NCBI GenBank assembly: GCA_046593925.1
Contig: JBKJQN010000055.1
Span: forward strand, 21,183-85,182
Direction: 5' to 3'
Length of the DNA stretch: 64,000 nt
Source: Mycobacteriales bacterium
GTDB lineage: Bacteria; Actinomycetota; Actinomycetes; Mycobacteriales; SCTD01
Part shown: positions 39,355 to 52,283 of the stretch, piece after piece
Position numbering within the stretch: position 1 is the stretch's first letter
Layout: each line of letters opens with the position of its first letter
Notes under the pieces: generated by a model
What the model saw: the letters and a program-made list of their open reading frames with translations, nothing else
What the model was told of the DNA's origin: nothing
The model's database searches: none
Program-made: the position numbers and the translations under genes

Positions 39355-41208
39355 ATGGCACGACACGGTGACAGGCGCATGAGGCGGGCGCTGGCAGCAG
39401 GACTGATCGTCCTGGGCAGCGGAGCACTGCAAGCGGCGTTCACCGGGCCGGTGAGTGCTGCCGGCTCCACGGACGGTGGTCGCCAGCTCGTGAGCCGCGG
39501 CATCAGCACGCCGACCGCCGGCACGTCGACCACTCTGCACGGCGGGCTGTTCACCGGAGCGCAGGAAGCCGGCGGCGTGGCCGGCGGCAAGGGCACCGGA
39601 CCGAACCGGTCCCAGAGCACTCGCGGGGGCCGCCACACGGCGGGGACCACCTCGCTGGCCGTCGACCAGACCACGCCCCGGCTCGGAACCAGCTTTCAGG
39701 GCCTCGGAATCACAGACGACGCGAGCGCGGCCGGCTTCGTCCTTGAGCCGCCGGACCAGGGCCTCTGCGTCGGCAACGGCAAGGTTCTGGAGCTCGTCAA
39801 CGTCGTCGGGCAGGTCTACACGACCAGCGGCGCGAAGGGCGGACCGGCGTTCTACCTCAATGAGTTCTTCCACGAGGACCCCAACTTTGCCAACGCGAGC
39901 GACCCGTCCTGCTACTACGACCCGGATACCAACCGCTTCTACGCCGACATGCTGTTCTACGACAGCGACCCGAAGACCGGTCAGCTGAACGGTCAGAACC
40001 GGATCGACATCGCGGTCAGCGACAGCGGCGACCCGGGTGGTAGCTACCACATCTACAGCTTTGATGTGACGGCTGATGGCCCGAGCGCGTTCAACCTCGG
40101 CGACTACCCGCAGATCGGGGCCGACAAGGAGGGTCTGTACATCACGACCAACAGCTACCCCTTCTTCGAAAACGGCTTCGGAGGGGCACAGCTGTACGCA
40201 CTGAGCAAGCGCGGCGTCGTGGACGGCTCGGACACTCGGGTCTCTCATGTGGCGCTGTCGAACGCTCAGGGCGGGACGCCCTTTGGTCTGCGGCCCACAA
40301 CAGCCCCGGCCGCGGGCTATGCCACTGAGAACAACGGCACGGAGTACCTGCTGTCGTCACAGGCGACGCAGGAAGCCGGTAACAAGCAGGGCTTCGACCA
40401 GGGCATCGGCCTGTGGGCCCTCAAGGACACGAACACGCTCGCGCCTGGCGGGTCGCGCAACGTGAGCATCGCCCGCGACAGCGTCACGGTCGACCGCTAC
40501 GGCGTCCCGCCGCTGAGCAACCAGAAGACTGGGGACTACCCGCTGGGGCAGTGCCTGTCCGACGCAGCCTGCAGGCAAGCGGTCTTCCACAGCACCACGC
40601 CTGGAACCCCGCACGTCGAGGGCCAGTTGGACTCCTCCGACAGCCGGATGAACCAGAGCGTCTACAGCAAGGGGCTCGTGTTCGGCACGCTCGACACGGT
40701 CGTCAACGTCGGCGGCGAGGACCGCGCCGGGTTGGCCTACTACGTCGTGCGGCCGTCCACCGTCCCTGGTGGCGTCCTGCACGGCACCGTCGTCTCGCAG
40801 GGCAAGCTGGCCCTGGCCGGCAACAACCTGACCTTCGGGGCGTTCGGCGTCGACGCGGCCGGCAAGGCGATCATGGCGCTCAACCTCGTGGGCAAGGACT
40901 ACTACCCGAGCGCCGGCTACGTCACGTTCGACTCCGGGTACCGCCCGAGCCCCGTGCACGTCAGCGGACTCGGTGTGGGTCCGACGGACGGCTTCACCGA
41001 GTACACCGACTTCACCGGGAGCTACCGCCCCCGTTGGGGTGACTACGCGGCGACGGCCTTCGACCCCAGCACCGGGTCGATCTGGACGGCGAATGAGTAC
41101 ATCGCCCAGACCTGCACGGTTGCGCAGTACCAGGCTGATCCCACCTGCGGCGGCACCCGGAGCAGGTTCGGAAACTGGTCGACGCGGGTGAGTGAAATCA
41201 AGCCCTAG
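39355..41208 (+). CDS. Uncharacterised secreted protein (EPPDQGLC...DPSCYYD...GDYPQIGAD...RWGDY)
   Basis: AAGGAGG RBS, signal peptide, intact ORF of about 617 aa rich in Gly/Ser/Thr/Asp/Tyr. Confidence 0.85.
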   Translation: MARHGDRRMRRALAAGLIVLGSGALQAAFTGPVSAAGSTDGGRQLVSRGISTPTAGTSTTLHGGLFTGAQEAGGVAGGKGTGPNRSQSTRGGRHTAGTTSLAVDQTTPRLGTSFQGLGITDDASAAGFVLEPPDQGLCVGNGKVLELVNVVGQVYTTSGAKGGPAFYLNEFFHEDPNFANASDPSCYYDPDTNRFYADMLFYDSDPKTGQLNGQNRIDIAVSDSGDPGGSYHIYSFDVTADGPSAFNLGDYPQIGADKEGLYITTNSYPFFENGFGGAQLYALSKRGVVDGSDTRVSHVALSNAQGGTPFGLRPTTAPAAGYATENNGTEYLLSSQATQEAGNKQGFDQGIGLWALKDTNTLAPGGSRNVSIARDSVTVDRYGVPPLSNQKTGDYPLGQCLSDAACRQAVFHSTTPGTPHVEGQLDSSDSRMNQSVYSKGLVFGTLDTVVNVGGEDRAGLAYYVVRPSTVPGGVLHGTVVSQGKLALAGNNLTFGAFGVDAAGKAIMALNLVGKDYYPSAGYVTFDSGYRPSPVHVSGLGVGPTDGFTEYTDFTGSYRPRWGDYAATAFDPSTGSIWTANEYIAQTCTVAQYQADPTCGGTRSRFGNWSTRVSEIKP

Positions 41209-41224
41209 CACCAGGATGACGGCT

Positions 41225-41264
41225 GACGGCCGGACCGCGACCCTGGGGTCACGGCCCGGCCGTC
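41225..41264 (+). terminator. Long GC hairpin after the secreted protein gene
   Basis: GACGGCCGG...CCGGCCGTC with further inner pairing, 16 nt after the stop. Confidence 0.55.
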
Positions 41265-41544
41265 GACTGCTGGGGCCATCGCCGAATGTGGCCGACGCTT
41301 GAAGGCTCAGTCCGTCACCCGCACGCGTCAACTCCAGGCTGACAGCGCTCCTCTGATCAACCTAGCGTTGACGACCGCTAGTCATCCGCTCACTGCGCTG
41401 AGCGCTCGTTCTGGGTGGTCGCTGCGGCCGGCCGGGCGCGCTCGTTGCGCCATGGCAGGCACCGGCGACAGCGACGTCTCGAATGTCGGTCCGGGAGAGG
41501 TCGGCGAACGAGAAGATTCTGTGTCGCACCACCTCGTGGGCCGA

Positions 41545-42009
41545 GACGTCCGGTGGTGTAGCTCCGCGCGGCGCCACCGCATCGGCAAGGCACACGCGAT
41601 GCACGTGATCATGACCGTCACCCCAGAGCGTGTCCCTGGCGACAGACGTTGCGGACGTTCGGCTGGTCTGGCTCGGGCTGGTCGTGCTCCAGGTGATGCC
41701 GACAAGCTTGCGGAGGCGAAGCGGTGAGCGAACGCAGTACCTACCGGCTTGGCGCCGACATGGGCGACGAGGGACCTGCGCGACAGCCAGGGCCGACACG
41801 TCGACGACGCCTACGTGCCGGAGGCCGTGTCCCAGGCGTTGAGGCGCGTCCGAGGTCGAGGGCGACCGCCGCGTCGGAGGCGGGGAAGTCGCCGCTGCTG
41901 CGGATACGGGCCAGCCGGGACCTCGACGAGACCGTTCGCCACGCCGCACACGCCGCAGTCGGAGTGGGTCCGCAAGGTCCTGAACGAAGCGACCCACCCG
42001 GCCAGCTGA
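41545..42009 (+). pseudogene. Degenerate type II toxin-antitoxin pair (small toxin plus CopG/RHH-like antitoxin)
   Basis: SARRHRIGKAHAMHV...RLVWLG...VMPTSLRRR, then RDSQGRHVDDAYV...GRGRP...SPLLRIR...SEWVRKVL, with frameshifts. Confidence 0.5.
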
Positions 42010-42022
42010 GCGCCACGGCAGC

Positions 42023-42054
42023 CTGCTCACAGATCTGCTCACAGATCTGCTCAC
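42023..42054. repeat. Tandem repeat CTGCTCACAGAT x2.7 (candidate integrase arm-type sites)
   Basis: Copies at 42023, 42035 and 42047 (partial), about 120 bp before the tRNA fragment. Confidence 0.6.
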
Positions 42055-42170
42055 GGAGCCTGCAACACCACCCGGCACGTGAGCGCACCAGGTGGACGGG
42101 CAGGCCGGACTGTGCAGCGCGAGGTGAGCGTGGATGGACCATCCAATCCCCTTGATCATGAATACCTCGC

Positions 42171-42210
42171 GGCTACGGACCAAGAGGTTGCAGGTTCGAA
42201 TCCTGCCGAG
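42171..42210 (+). other. 3' fragment of tRNA-Arg(ACG), probable att-site relic
   Basis: Anticodon loop CTACGGA and perfect T-arm GCAGG-TTCGAAT-CCTGC; no D-arm or acceptor 5' strand upstream. Confidence 0.75.
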
Positions 42211-42647
42211 GCCCGTCCGTTCGTGTCGGCTGATTGTCTCTGGTCAGTGCTGACGCTCCACCTGGACAGAGGTAGCCCGAGGTGTGCATCCGGCTCACCG
42301 TCGTGCTCAGTTGGGCTCGGCCGTTCCGGGGTCACAGCCGCGTCCCAAGCTCAGGCCCAGTTGACCTCGACCTCGCGGGCAAGTTGCGCCCTGCGGTGAC
42401 CGAAACCGTCGTGCCCGCAGGGCACGACGGACTCCGGACGGTGACGTCACCGGTTTCATGTCCGCTCGGGACATCGCCGCAGAGCGGTGGGAGCGCCCGT
42501 TCATGGCCGATGAGCGGATGTCGTTGCTGTCACCGACCGCCCTCCCGCCGGCGGTGCTGGGCAAGGGGGTGACGCGTGCCACACTGCGGCGCCAGCGCCA
42601 GCGGTCTCCGACCGGGTGGTGCGGCCGTGACCCTGAGAGGTGGGACC

Positions 42648-44492
42648 GTGGCAGAGCAGCAGTTCGATGTCGTCGTCGTCGGAGGAGGATCGGCCGGTGC
42701 GGTCATCGCCGCCCGGTTGTCCGAGGACCCGTCCGTGCGGGTGGCGCTGGTCGAGGCGGGCGGCCCGCCGCCGCCCGAGGAGTCCATGCCGGCAGCCGTC
42801 GCGTCGTTGCAGCTGAACCCGGACACCGACTGGATGTACACCGGCGACGCCGGCGGCGTCGGCCGTGGGCTGGCAGAGGGTCGGATGATGGTGCCTCGCG
42901 GCAAGATGCTCGGCGGCTCCTCCGGCATCAACTACATGGCCTACGTGCGCGGCCACCCCGGCGACTTCGACTCCTGGGCCGACGGTGGTGCCCGTGGCTG
43001 GGCGCACGATGACGTGCTGCCCTACTTCAAGAAGTCCGAGGGCATCCAGCCCAGCGGTGACATCGTCGTGGACCACGGCGCCCACAACCCGGACGGCCCG
43101 CTCGGCGTCTCTGTCCGCTCTCCCGTGATCCCGGCTGCCCAGCAGTTCGTCGACGCGGCCGCCGCCGCAGGCATCCCCACCGGCGACTACAACGGTGGGG
43201 ACCGGGCCCGACCCGAAGGCGTCGCGTCGCTGTTCCAGACCACCACCAAGGACGGCAGGCGCAGCTCGACCTTCCACGCCTTCCTCGAGCCGGTGATGGC
43301 CGAGCGTGACAACCTCGTCGTCATCCCCTACGCGACCGTGCAGCGGATCCTGCTCGACGACACGGGGGAATCCCTGGCGGCCACCGGCGTCGAGTACCTG
43401 ACCCGGGACGGCGACGTGCAGACCGTCACCGCCACGCGCGAGGTCGTGCTGTCCGCCGGTGCCATCGGCTCGCCGCAGCTCCTGCTGCTGTCCGGCATCG
43501 GCCCTAAGGACGAGCTGGCACAGGTCGGCATCGACTGCCGCCTGGACCTGCCCGACGTCGGCAAGCACCTGAAGGACCACCTGCACACGCCCATGGTCTT
43601 CCCGGCACCCGGCATCGGACTCAACATGACCGAGGTCGCGCTCTCGCTCGGGCCCGACGCGCTGCGCGCCCCGGCAGGTCCGCTGCCGGCGGACCCGCGT
43701 GACGACGTGGACCTGCCGCCCGAGCTCGCCGGCCTCAAGGCCGAGGCCGAGCGGCGGCTCGGCGAGTGGGTCACCACCGGTCGCAGCCTGGTCTCGTCCT
43801 CCCTCTACGACGCAGGGCTCTGGTACTCCACCGGGCTCGGCGACGAGCACACCCACGACGCGCAGATCGGATTCCTCGTCTGCGGCTACACCCCCGACCT
43901 GTGGCGAGCGCTGTTCCGCATCGACCCCGACGGGTACTTCGGGGACGCCGCAACGACGCTGGCCGCCGACGCCGAAGTCGTCGTGATGCTCCCCAACCCG
44001 GTGCAGCCGCACAGCGAGGGGGAGGTGCGGCTCGCCAGCGCGGATCCGCTGGAACCGCCGGTCATCTCGCTGAACTACTTCTCCGACCCGCACGACGTGA
44101 AGGTCATGGTGGCGGTCATGCGCCGCGCCCTCGAGTTGGTCGAGGCGTGGCCGGTCCCCGGCATGGGCCCGTTGCACGTGCCGCCGAAGCTGGCAGAGTC
44201 GTATGGCCACACTCCAGGCGACGTGCCGAGCGACGAGCTGCTTGAGGACCTCGCGCGGCATTACGCCCTCACCGTCTACCACGAGACGTCGACGTGCCGC
44301 ATCGGCAGCGTGGTCGACACCGACCTGCGCGTCCTGGGTGTGTCCCGGCTGCGCGTGGCGGACGCGAGCGTGATGCCGAACGTGACCTCGGGCAACACCA
44401 ACGCGCCCACGATCATGATCGGCGAGAAGGCGGCGGAGCTGATCGCGAAAGAGCACGGCCTCCGCCTGAAGGAGACGGTCGGGGCAGGCTGA
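42648..44492 (+). CDS. GMC-family FAD oxidoreductase (choline dehydrogenase-like)
   Basis: DVVVVGGGSAG, PRGKMLGGSSGIN, LLLSGIG, VGKHLKDH, YHETSTC, LRVADAS, GNTNAPTIMIGEK. Confidence 0.95.
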   Translation: MAEQQFDVVVVGGGSAGAVIAARLSEDPSVRVALVEAGGPPPPEESMPAAVASLQLNPDTDWMYTGDAGGVGRGLAEGRMMVPRGKMLGGSSGINYMAYVRGHPGDFDSWADGGARGWAHDDVLPYFKKSEGIQPSGDIVVDHGAHNPDGPLGVSVRSPVIPAAQQFVDAAAAAGIPTGDYNGGDRARPEGVASLFQTTTKDGRRSSTFHAFLEPVMAERDNLVVIPYATVQRILLDDTGESLAATGVEYLTRDGDVQTVTATREVVLSAGAIGSPQLLLLSGIGPKDELAQVGIDCRLDLPDVGKHLKDHLHTPMVFPAPGIGLNMTEVALSLGPDALRAPAGPLPADPRDDVDLPPELAGLKAEAERRLGEWVTTGRSLVSSSLYDAGLWYSTGLGDEHTHDAQIGFLVCGYTPDLWRALFRIDPDGYFGDAATTLAADAEVVVMLPNPVQPHSEGEVRLASADPLEPPVISLNYFSDPHDVKVMVAVMRRALELVEAWPVPGMGPLHVPPKLAESYGHTPGDVPSDELLEDLARHYALTVYHETSTCRIGSVVDTDLRVLGVSRLRVADASVMPNVTSGNTNAPTIMIGEKAAELIAKEHGLRLKETVGAG

Positions 44493-44849
44493 CGACAGCG
44501 CCGTCAGTGGGTCCTCGGAACCGCCTTCAGGTGGCGCCGCAGGGTCAGCTGACGTCGCCGTCGTTACGCACGGACGAAGCGAGCAGGTCCGCGACGCACC
44601 TGCGCTCCAGGCTGCGCCCAGGTGACCCGCTCGCGTACCCGGCTCGTTCGCGCTGACCCGCAGTCGGCGGCGCTGTGCACGGATGGCGCCTCGTAACGCG
44701 ATGCCGGCATGCATCCGCTTCTGCCGCACCTTGTCGCTCCGCCGGCCGATGGCGGGTGGAGTCGCAAACAGCGCACCGCGTCTGGAGGGCGGCTCTGGAC
44801 GCCGCGCTGTCGGGTTCGCGTGAGCTGACAGAGCGGGCCGCCTTGGCCG

Positions 44850-45273
44850 CCAACCACCGAAGCGGCACATCATCGTGCAACCAATGCCGTTCGATCGCCC
44901 GCGAGAAACGCACCCCGGTCGTGCAGCCCCAGACCGGCAGCCGGACCATCAGCCGCGGGCCATCCGGCGGCGCCCCCCGACCCTCGGTGTAGGGCGCCAG
45001 GATCCGCGACAGGTCCAGGTGCTCCTCGACCAGATCCGCCACGAACCTGGCCGGATGCTCAGCCGACAGGCAGTCCGACAACGACGGCGGCAACAGCATC
45101 TGGTCCGGGTCGACCGCCGGAACGTCTTGTCCACGACCACCTCCGGCCGGCACCACCGGCGCCAACTCGAACAGCCCCGGCACGTCAGCGTCGTCTGTGA
45201 CCAGAAGATCATCCCGCAACCGACCCGCTCACCCAAGCACCCCACCCGGCGTGTTGCCGACCCACGCTCCTAA
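44850..45273 (-). mobile_element. IS1182-family transposase N-terminal remnant
   Basis: DPDQMLLPPSL...HPARFVADLV...GAPP..PRLM...SRAIE...DDVPLRWLA (DUF772-type); truncated. Confidence 0.75.
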
Positions 45274-45510
45274 GTCACCTTGCGGCCAGGCCCTGGTTAT
45301 GGGGTCGGCGGACTGTCGGTGGCGGGAATGCCCAGATCACATCTGACAGTGGGTCCTTCTACTCAGGCGGCCGACCTGGCTCACGCTGCTCGCGGGGGCC
45401 GTGCGGAACCGCAACATCGTTCCGGGCACGCCGATGACGCTGTCGAGCACGTGCCTGCCGAGCCGACTCGGCTCATGGGCGATGAGGCACGACGGCAGGC
45501 CTGGACCGCG

Positions 45511-46767
45511 TCAGTCCTCGATCGACTGGTAGACGACCGCCCGGAAGTCGGCCTCGGGCAGGTCGAAGCCGACCATGTGTTGCGTCATGAGGACGCCGAC
45601 GACTTCCTCGACCGGGTCGACCCAGAAGTAGGTCTTCGCCGCACCGGACCAGCCGAACTCGCCGGGCGAGCCGGCCAGCGCGCTCTGGCCGATGTCCATC
45701 GCTACGCGGGAACCCAAGCCGAACCCGTAGCCCGGCGTCGGCACGCCGGCGAGGGCCCACGGCAGCAGCGCCGGTGCGAGGTGGTTCGTGTGCATCAGCT
45801 CGAGCGTCTTGCGGCCCAGGATGCGGGTGCCGTCCTTCGCCCTGCCAGTGAGCAGCATGTTCGCGAAGCCCAGGTAGTCGCAGGCTGTGCCGAACAGGCC
45901 GTGGCCGCCGCGCTGGAAGACGTCCGGCGTGTCGCTCGGGTAGGTCGACTCCACCTCCCGGCGGGCGAAGTCGCCCGTGGCGAATGCGGCCGCCAGCTTG
46001 CTGAAGGTCATGTCCTTACCGACGATGTCCGGCAGGCCGTACATGGCTGCGAGGCGGCCGCGTGCCGACTCGGGCACGCCGAAGGCTGTGTCGGTCATGC
46101 CGAGCGGCCCGAACAGGCGCTCCTGGAGGAACTCCCCGAGCTTGCGGCCCGAGATCACCTCGATCAGGCGTGCCGCGACGTCGATGCCGACGCTGTAGTG
46201 CCACTGCGTCCCGGGCACGAAGGCGAGCGGGATCCTTGCAAGCTCGTCGACGAACTGCTCGAGCGTGCGCGTCGGGTCGTTCCCGATCCGCTTCTCGCGG
46301 TACTGCTCGGCGACCGGGAAGTCCTCCAGGAAGTCGTACGTCAGCCCGCTGGTGTGGCTCATCAGGTCGCGGACCTGCATCGGGCGCAGCAGCGACTGGT
46401 CCTCGAGCGTCCCGCCCGGCCCTGCGATCTTCGTCGCCCCGAACGCCGGAATCCACTTCGCAACCGGGTCGACAAGCTGGAACCTGCCCTCCTCGAACAG
46501 CGTCATCAGTGCGGTGCAGATGATGGGCTTGGTCATCGAGTACAAGCGGTAGATGGTGTCCTCCGCCAGCGGCACCTCGCCCTCGCGGTCCTGCCAGCCG
46601 ATCCGCCCGGCGTGGACGAGCTGACCGCGGCGGGACACAAGGGTCGTGAACCCGGGATAGCCCCGCTCGTCGACGTACTTCTTCAGCGCCGGCCCGATCC
46701 GCTCCAGGCGGCTGGCGCTCATCCCGACCGACTCCGGGGACGTGAGCTGAGATTCGACCTGGGTCAT
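45511..46767 (-). CDS. Serine hydrolase, beta-lactamase/esterase family VIII
   Basis: SxxK in YSMTKP, LMSHTSG, WHYS, GGHGL, FGWSGAA; GAGGAG RBS. Confidence 0.93.
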   Translation of the reverse strand: MTQVESQLTSPESVGMSASRLERIGPALKKYVDERGYPGFTTLVSRRGQLVHAGRIGWQDREGEVPLAEDTIYRLYSMTKPIICTALMTLFEEGRFQLVDPVAKWIPAFGATKIAGPGGTLEDQSLLRPMQVRDLMSHTSGLTYDFLEDFPVAEQYREKRIGNDPTRTLEQFVDELARIPLAFVPGTQWHYSVGIDVAARLIEVISGRKLGEFLQERLFGPLGMTDTAFGVPESARGRLAAMYGLPDIVGKDMTFSKLAAAFATGDFARREVESTYPSDTPDVFQRGGHGLFGTACDYLGFANMLLTGRAKDGTRILGRKTLELMHTNHLAPALLPWALAGVPTPGYGFGLGSRVAMDIGQSALAGSPGEFGWSGAAKTYFWVDPVEEVVGVLMTQHMVGFDLPEADFRAVVYQSIED

Positions 46768-47140
46768 CGACGAGCTCCTCTGATCGCGGCGGGCAGGCAC
46801 CGTACCCCCGTACCGCCTCCGCATCCTGCAGTCGCTGGGTCCTGCACCGGATCGAACGGAATCAGGTGCAGGACCCAGCCCGACCTCGCCGACCGCCTGA
46901 CAGCCTGAGCGCGTGCGGCGCCGCGCCGTCGACCTGCAGCACGGCGACGCGCTACGCGGCATGAGCGGATCTTTCCTGGCCGCCACCGTGCGTGACAACT
47001 CGGCCATGAACGCCGCGCCAACCTCTAACCCGTCCACTTCTGGACGACAAGTCGCTGGGGTGGCTGGTGGTAGATGTCCCAAGGTTCGCCAAAGGTCTTA
47101 CGACCAAGGTCGGGCCTCCAGCCCCTGACGTGGAGGACTC

Positions 47141-48931
47141 GTGCAGATCAGCCGTCCAGAAGCCAGACGCGTTGCTGCCTGTGCGGCGCTTGTTACCGGC
47201 GCCGTCCACGCCTCGCTGGCCCCCGCGCATCTCAAGGAGATGCCCCTGCTCGGGGCGCTGTTCCTCGTCGCCGCTTGCCTCTGCGCTGATGTCGCGCTGC
47301 GGCTGTGGCGCAGCGACGACGTGCAGGCCTGGCTGGTCGGGGCGGTGGTGTGCACCGGGATGGCGTTCGGCTACGTCCTGAGCCGTACCGTCGGATTGTT
47401 CTCGTTGCACGAGGCTTGGGACGGCTTGGGCGTGCTCTGTCTGGTGTTGGATGGGGCATTCCTGGCGGTTGCAGTCACGAGGTTGCCTGCCCAGCGACCC
47501 CGGCTGCTTGGCACGCTGGCCGCCACTTCGCTGCTCGTAGCAGGCCTCATCTCGCCCGCGCCAGCGTTGGCCTGGGGTGCTGGCGGCGGCACCTGTCTAA
47601 ATTCAGGCTGCACAACCGAGTTCGCGGTCCCGCTCCCGATCCCCTCAGTGCTGGCCCCGACCTCCACCGATGCGACGACCGACTACTACACCCTGAATGA
47701 GCAGACCGCGAACGTGTCGGTGGTCCCCGGCAAGACCACTCCGATGTGGACCTACAACGGCACCTTTCCCGGACCGGTGATCAAGGCCACCAGCGGTCGA
47801 GCCGTGAAGGTGCACGTCGTCAACGTCAACCTGCCTGAGCCCACGACGCTGCACATGCACGGCGCCCACGTCGCGGCGAGCTCCGACGGCAGCCCGGTGG
47901 CGACGTTCGGGGCAGGCAGCAGCACCGACTACAGCTACCCCAACAACCAAAGCGCCCGGATCCAATGGTTTCACGACCATGCCAAAGACTTCACCGGCAA
48001 GCACGTCTACATGGGCCTGGCCGGGATGTACCTCATCGGCGACAGCCAAGAGGCTGCCCTGAACCTCCCGACGGGGGCATACGACGTCCCGGTCATTGTG
48101 CAGGACCGGCAGTTCAACACTGACGGCACCTTGAACTACGCCCTGTCCAGCAGCAGCATCCGGACCGGGTTCCTCGGCGACACCCTGCTGGTCAACGGCG
48201 CTGCACAGCCCTTCTTGAAGGTCGGCACGCACAAGTACCGCTTTCGGTTGCTCAACGGTTCCAACGCCCGCTACTACACCTTCGCGCTGAGCAGCGGCGC
48301 CGCGATCACCGAGATCGGCAACGAAGCAGGCTTGTTCTCCACACCCATCGCCGCCTCGTCTGTCACGTTGCCGCCGGCCGGCCGGGCCGACGTGATCGTG
48401 GACTTCAGCAAGCAGGCCGTCGGCACCTCGGTCGTGTTGAAGAACACCCAAGGCTTCGGCAGCACCGCCGACGTCATGCGCTTCGACATCGCCAACGCAG
48501 TGGCCGACACCAGCGCCGTACCAGCCACGATGCGCCCCTACACCCCGCTGAGCACCAACAACGTCAGCGCGACCCGCACGTTCAACATCTCCCAGAACAA
48601 CGGCGTCTGGCAGTTCAACAACCTCAGCTACGACCCGGCCCGCGTCGACGCCACGGTCGCCCTCGGCGCCACCGAGCGATGGACCTTCAAGAACAACTCC
48701 GGGCAAGCCCACCCGATCCACCTGCACGACATCAACTTCCAGGTCCTGAGCACCAACGGCTCAGCCCCCACCGGGGACCAAGCCCAGTGGAAAGAAACCG
48801 TTAACGTTCCCGCGTGGGGGTCGGTGAACCTCATCGGCCAGTTCGGCGACTTCACCGGGACATACATGTTCCACTGCCACATCCTCGAACACGAGGACAA
48901 CATGCTCATGAGCCAATTCAGAGTCAACTGA
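47141..48931 (+). CDS. Three-domain multicopper oxidase (CotA/bilirubin oxidase-like) with N-terminal multi-pass membrane domain
   Basis: All four Cu motifs present: HMHG, WFHDH, HPIHLH, HCHILEHEDNMLM. N-terminal 120 aa has four hydrophobic helices including GAVHASLAPAHLKE. Confidence 0.9.
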   Translation: MQISRPEARRVAACAALVTGAVHASLAPAHLKEMPLLGALFLVAACLCADVALRLWRSDDVQAWLVGAVVCTGMAFGYVLSRTVGLFSLHEAWDGLGVLCLVLDGAFLAVAVTRLPAQRPRLLGTLAATSLLVAGLISPAPALAWGAGGGTCLNSGCTTEFAVPLPIPSVLAPTSTDATTDYYTLNEQTANVSVVPGKTTPMWTYNGTFPGPVIKATSGRAVKVHVVNVNLPEPTTLHMHGAHVAASSDGSPVATFGAGSSTDYSYPNNQSARIQWFHDHAKDFTGKHVYMGLAGMYLIGDSQEAALNLPTGAYDVPVIVQDRQFNTDGTLNYALSSSSIRTGFLGDTLLVNGAAQPFLKVGTHKYRFRLLNGSNARYYTFALSSGAAITEIGNEAGLFSTPIAASSVTLPPAGRADVIVDFSKQAVGTSVVLKNTQGFGSTADVMRFDIANAVADTSAVPATMRPYTPLSTNNVSATRTFNISQNNGVWQFNNLSYDPARVDATVALGATERWTFKNNSGQAHPIHLHDINFQVLSTNGSAPTGDQAQWKETVNVPAWGSVNLIGQFGDFTGTYMFHCHILEHEDNMLMSQFRVN

Positions 48932-49008
48932 CACACACGCTGCGTTCCCTCGCAGGACCGGTGCCACCGCCAGTCCCCGACTGGTAGTCAACATCTGCCC
49001 CTGGGCGA

Positions 49009-49729
49009 CTAGGGCGTGTCCCCTTGTGGGCTGCGGAGCCACAAGACGATGCTGCGCAAGATCGCGCCGCCGCGGAAGATGACGGCAAACTTGTCGTCGC
49101 GGGTGGCCAGGCCGCGCCAATGCTTGAGCTTCTCGTAATACCGCTCGATGACGTCGCGGTCCTTGTAGCGCTGCGTGTCGTAGCTGACCGGCCGGCCGCC
49201 CTGGGGGCCTCGGCGCAGCCGGCGGCCTCGTTGGTCGGCGCGTTCGCCGATGACGGCGGTGATGCTGCGTTCGCGGGGCAGCGCCTCCTGTAGTTCGAGA
49301 GGTCCCCCTGGGTGGCTCGGCAGATGCACAGCGGCCTGCCGGGTCATGTTCGAGCCATGCTGGCGCACCCGGCTGACGGTGGAGTCGGTCGAGATCTGCC
49401 AGTCCAGCTGGCCGGCAGCGTCGGCCCGGACCAGCAACGCCTGCAGCACCAGGTCCCAGGTGCCGTCCTTGCTGAACCGGGCATGGCGCTTTCACGCCGT
49501 CTGCCACGGACCGAACCCGGCGGGTAGGACCCGCCACGGACAGCCCGTCCGGTAACGGAACAAGATGCCCTCCAGCACCTCCGGTGATCCCGAAAAGGCC
49601 CGCCCGCCCTACCGTCCGAGCTCGGCAGCAAGGGCTCGACCACCGCCCACTGCGTATCGGTGAGGACCCGCTCACGTGTCACCCACCGACCATCGCCCAC
49701 CAACCACGCTCAGGTACGGGGACACGCTC

Positions 49730-49733
<4 letters not shown>
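49009..49733 (-). mobile_element. IS5-family element, internally deleted and frameshifted
   Basis: Ends CTAG-GGCGTGTCCCC and GGGGACACGCTC-CTAG (imperfect IRs, CTAG flanks); LTDTQWAVVEPLLP, DSTVSR.RQH, YKDRDVIER...LKHWRGLATR.DK. Confidence 0.88.
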
Positions 49734-52168
<2,435 letters not shown>

Positions 52169-52283
52169 CCGTAGAGCTGGCATATCCAGCTCCTCGTGAG
52201 CCTCCTCGAACGACTTGTTCAGGTCTGCTGGGTCACCACGTAACCGGTAGGGATTCGGTTGCGAGGCGCACGTGGCGCGCTCT

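Noticed and set aside
42023-42054. Tandem repeats as a CRISPR array
   Set aside because: 12-bp units with no spacers and no cas genes; no CRISPR array seen anywhere in the window.
42171-42215. Functional tRNA-Arg gene
   Set aside because: No 5' acceptor strand or D-arm, imperfect anticodon stem and no CCA end; treated as an att relic.
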